Of a stretch of 64,000 nt of DNA, positions 62,051 through 64,000 are shown piece by piece. The notes beneath the pieces are model-generated. The model searched no databases, was not told the origin of the DNA, and saw only the letters and a program-made list of their open reading frames with translations. A program made the position numbers and the translations under genes. This DNA comes from Clostridiales bacterium (lineage in GTDB: Bacteria > Bacillota > Clostridia > Oscillospirales > CAG-272): contig JAAYHB010000003.1 of NCBI GenBank assembly GCA_012727435.1, positions 1,315 through 65,314 of the forward strand. The letters are read 5' to 3'. Numbering within the stretch: position 1 is the first letter of the stretch; each line of letters opens with the position of its first letter.

Positions 62051-63259
62051 TCACTTGCTCTTTGCTGTATTCGGACTGTTGAACGGCAGGGTATTCGGGG
62101 CGTCCTCAGACCGAAAGGGTGTGAGATTGTCGTTTTCCCACTTTTTTCTCGCGCGCTCCTTGGTAAAGTCGGGTATTTCAAACCGCTTGGATTTCTGCAG
62201 CACGCTTCGCCAGCCGAGGATCGCCACCGCGGATATCGCCACGGCATGGTATACGTCAAGCCGCTCATTTGGCCTGCCCGACCTTATCGCATCTATGAAT
62301 TCCTTCACCACCCAATAGTCGCCGCCGCCGTGTCCGGCCTGCTCAGCCTTGTCAGCGTCGCTTTCCCACTGAGCTTCGTAAATCTTTGAGACCTCAACAC
62401 CCTCGGGAGCCGACCAGGGGTTATATGCCAGCCGCACGCACTTTTCATTGCCTCTGACCGTTTCGACCCCGCCGAAGGTGCAGCCGAGGCGGTACCAGTT
62501 GCCCTTCGGCCCGATATTTGACGAGCCGTTGACCCGGAAAATCGCGCCGTTGTCCATCTGGACCAGCATGACCCCGACCGCGTCGGTTTTCAACTTCTTG
62601 TATTTTCTGATATTCTCCTCGGTATCGGGCGCCGCCATCCCCACCACATAGCGTGGCAGGGCACCCGTCATATACATCAGCGGAGCCAGCGCGTGCGAGG
62701 AGTAATAGGTCACCGGCAGATACCGCCGCCAGTGATATTGCCCGTGGACCTCGGGATTGTTGTATCTCCAGCTTTCCTCCGGGCTCATGGGATGTACATA
62801 CTCGCCCTCGGCAAACAGGACCTTGCCGAGAGTCCCGCCCTCATATTGCCGCTTCATCTCAAGGCAGCCGCGCGAGAAGGGGTAGTTCTCGCCCAGCATG
62901 TATATGCAGCCGCTCTTCTCGACTGCACGGCAGAGCGCGACGCAAAGCGCCATGGTTGAGGCTGCCATGGTCTCGCTGAATACATGAATTCCGCGCTCGA
63001 GTGCCGGTATTGCATACTGGGCATGCTCGTGGAAGTAATAGCAGAGAAGTACTGCGTCAAATTTCCCGGAGTTGATAAATTCATCAAAATTGTCATAGAT
63101 CGCAACATCGCCATCGCACAGCGCTTTGGCTTCCTCAATACGCTGAGGCATCTTGTCGCAGAGTGCCGTCACCCGCACCCCGTCAATTAGTTTGAGCGAC
63201 TTCATGTACGCCCGACCCCTCCAGGTTCCGAACACGCCAATCCTGATTTCCCGGTCCAT
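62051..63259 (-). CDS. Gfo/Idh/MocA-family oxidoreductase
   Basis: MDREIRIGVFGTWRGRAYM is a Rossmann-like N-terminus. RBS is GAGAGGAG. It is the first gene of the operon. Confidence 0.8.
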   Translation of the reverse strand: MDREIRIGVFGTWRGRAYMKSLKLIDGVRVTALCDKMPQRIEEAKALCDGDVAIYDNFDEFINSGKFDAVLLCYYFHEHAQYAIPALERGIHVFSETMAASTMALCVALCRAVEKSGCIYMLGENYPFSRGCLEMKRQYEGGTLGKVLFAEGEYVHPMSPEESWRYNNPEVHGQYHWRRYLPVTYYSSHALAPLMYMTGALPRYVVGMAAPDTEENIRKYKKLKTDAVGVMLVQMDNGAIFRVNGSSNIGPKGNWYRLGCTFGGVETVRGNEKCVRLAYNPWSAPEGVEVSKIYEAQWESDADKAEQAGHGGGDYWVVKEFIDAIRSGRPNERLDVYHAVAISAVAILGWRSVLQKSKRFEIPDFTKERARKKWENDNLTPFRSEDAPNTLPFNSPNTAKSK

Positions 63260-63298
63260 GATAAAATCTCCTCTCTGTAATTTTTTGATAAGCTGAAT

Positions 63299-63327
63299 AC
63301 CCGAACTCCGGACTGATAACCCGAACT
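63299..63327. promoter_or_regulatory. direct repeat pair in the operon leader (candidate operator)
   Basis: ACCCGAACT occurs at 63299..63307 and 63319..63327 (20-bp period), between the predicted promoter and the first start codon. Confidence 0.35.
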
Positions 63328-63364
63328 GATACCGCGGCAGATTTTACATGCCTTCGCATTTATA

Positions 63365-63393
63365 ATTTTAATACACAATCTAGTTAATTTCAA
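63365..63393 (-). promoter_or_regulatory. sigmaA-type promoter of the 8-gene operon
   Basis: Minus strand TTGAAA (63393..63388), 17-nt spacer, TAAAAT (63370..63365). Confidence 0.45.
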
Positions 63394-63418
63394 GGTGTTA
63401 AAAAGATATTATGTCAGC

Positions 63419-63447
63419 AAAAAACAGCAGGCCATATTGACCTGCCG
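63419..63447 (-). terminator. intrinsic terminator of the second AbrB-like gene
   Basis: Minus strand GGCAGG-tcaatatgg-CCTGCTG followed by TTTTTT. Confidence 0.6.
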
Positions 63448-63467
63448 TTTTACTGAGATCCAGCGCC

Positions 63468-63713
63468 CTACAGCATGGATTTTAACTTTTTTAAACACTC
63501 GCCGCAAATACGTTTTTCCATGAAGCATGTGATGTTTTCGGTGCTGCTGCAGAATACGCACGGGGGCACATACTTCTGCAGGATGATTCTGTCATTCTCG
63601 GTGTATATGCTCAAAGTATCATTCGGGCTTATGTTGTAAGCTTTGCGAAGTTTTTTTGGCAAAACAAACCTGCCGAGGTCGTCGACCTGACGGATCTTAA
63701 CCGTTGATTTCAT
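63468..63713 (-). CDS. AbrB/MazE/SpoVT-family regulator with a C-terminal Cys4 motif (paralog of 22210..22455)
   Basis: MKSTVKIRQVDDLGRFVLPKKLR at the N-terminus, then CVFCS..14 aa..CGEC. It has the same 81-aa length as the first copy. Confidence 0.88.
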   Translation of the reverse strand: MKSTVKIRQVDDLGRFVLPKKLRKAYNISPNDTLSIYTENDRIILQKYVPPCVFCSSTENITCFMEKRICGECLKKLKSML

Positions 63714-63820
63714 TTTGTTACTCCAGCGAAAAACTGAGGATTAAATCCCACACATTTTTCCGCGATCGCTGCGGAAAAATGCAATTACATTATCCTGTGG
63801 CTGTGTTTCAACTCGATTAA

Positions 63821-64000
63821 TCAATACTGAACCACAGGCTGGCAGGTAATGACATCTACCGGGCCGCCGGAGCCAAAGACCTCAAACACTGCGGTTACCC
63901 TGTATGTACCTTTTGAATCCAGCTGAACAACATGAGCGCCTATATATGTATCCTCATAAACATAGTCAACCCATTGGTTATTTGGTTCTCCGATGTCTAC
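63821..64000 (-). CDS. 3' end of an unidentified protein-coding gene (truncated by the window end)
   Basis: The minus strand is open from 64000 to TGA at 63823..63821 and reads ..VDIGEPNNQWVDYVYEDTYIGAHVVQLDSKGTYRVTAVFEVFGSGGPVDVITCQPVVQY. A hairpin lies downstream at about 63755..63779. Confidence 0.45.
   Translation of the reverse strand, partial: VDIGEPNNQWVDYVYEDTYIGAHVVQLDSKGTYRVTAVFEVFGSGGPVDVITCQPVVQY

Overview
This is a 64-kb chromosomal segment that looks like a moderately GC-rich, spore-forming Firmicute of the Clostridia type. Supporting signs are spmA/spmB, AbrB-like regulators, DUF1292, RNase J, a T-box leader, sigmaA-type TTGACA-17-TATAAT promoters and lipoprotein signal peptides. 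All calls come from reading the sequence and the ORF track and recognising motifs; no homology search or RNA model was run. I call about 60 protein-coding genes, 2 tRNAs (anticodon CAT; Ser-TGA), 1 T-box riboswitch and 7 copies of a double-hairpin intergenic repeat. I see no rRNA, CRISPR array, transposase, integrase or phage genes. Several ORF-track starts were trimmed, because the track also translates GTG/TTG as M.

Positions 1-41 kb are mostly housekeeping:
- RumA fragment, phosphoesterase, NIF3, trmK, prfB
- lepA-hemW, two PrsA-like parvulins, rnj, spmAB
- galactokinase-family kinase, two MBL hydrolases, an SDR
- Crp/Fnr regulator with a ferredoxin-like gene, a CPA2 antiporter, an AmmeMemoRadiSam pair
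- secG, larA homolog, yjbQ, pcm

Positions 41-63 kb look more accessory:
- a glycerophosphodiesterase / L-serine dehydratase operon containing a CN-hydrolase::GDPD fusion
- GLUG/discoidin surface proteins, one apparently split by a frameshift
- a LysR regulator
- a tightly packed 8-gene sugar or amino-sugar conversion operon with no assignable pathway

The observations I rank highest are:
1. A tyrosine-specifier T-box that drives a Na+/solute symporter plus an adenylate-forming ligase.
2. The 8-gene operon at 52-63 kb.
3. The GDPD/SdaA operon.
4. The bipartite hairpin repeat family, which shows compensatory stem changes.
5. An unannotated 30-aa Cys-rich membrane peptide gene.
6. The split GLUG surface-protein gene.
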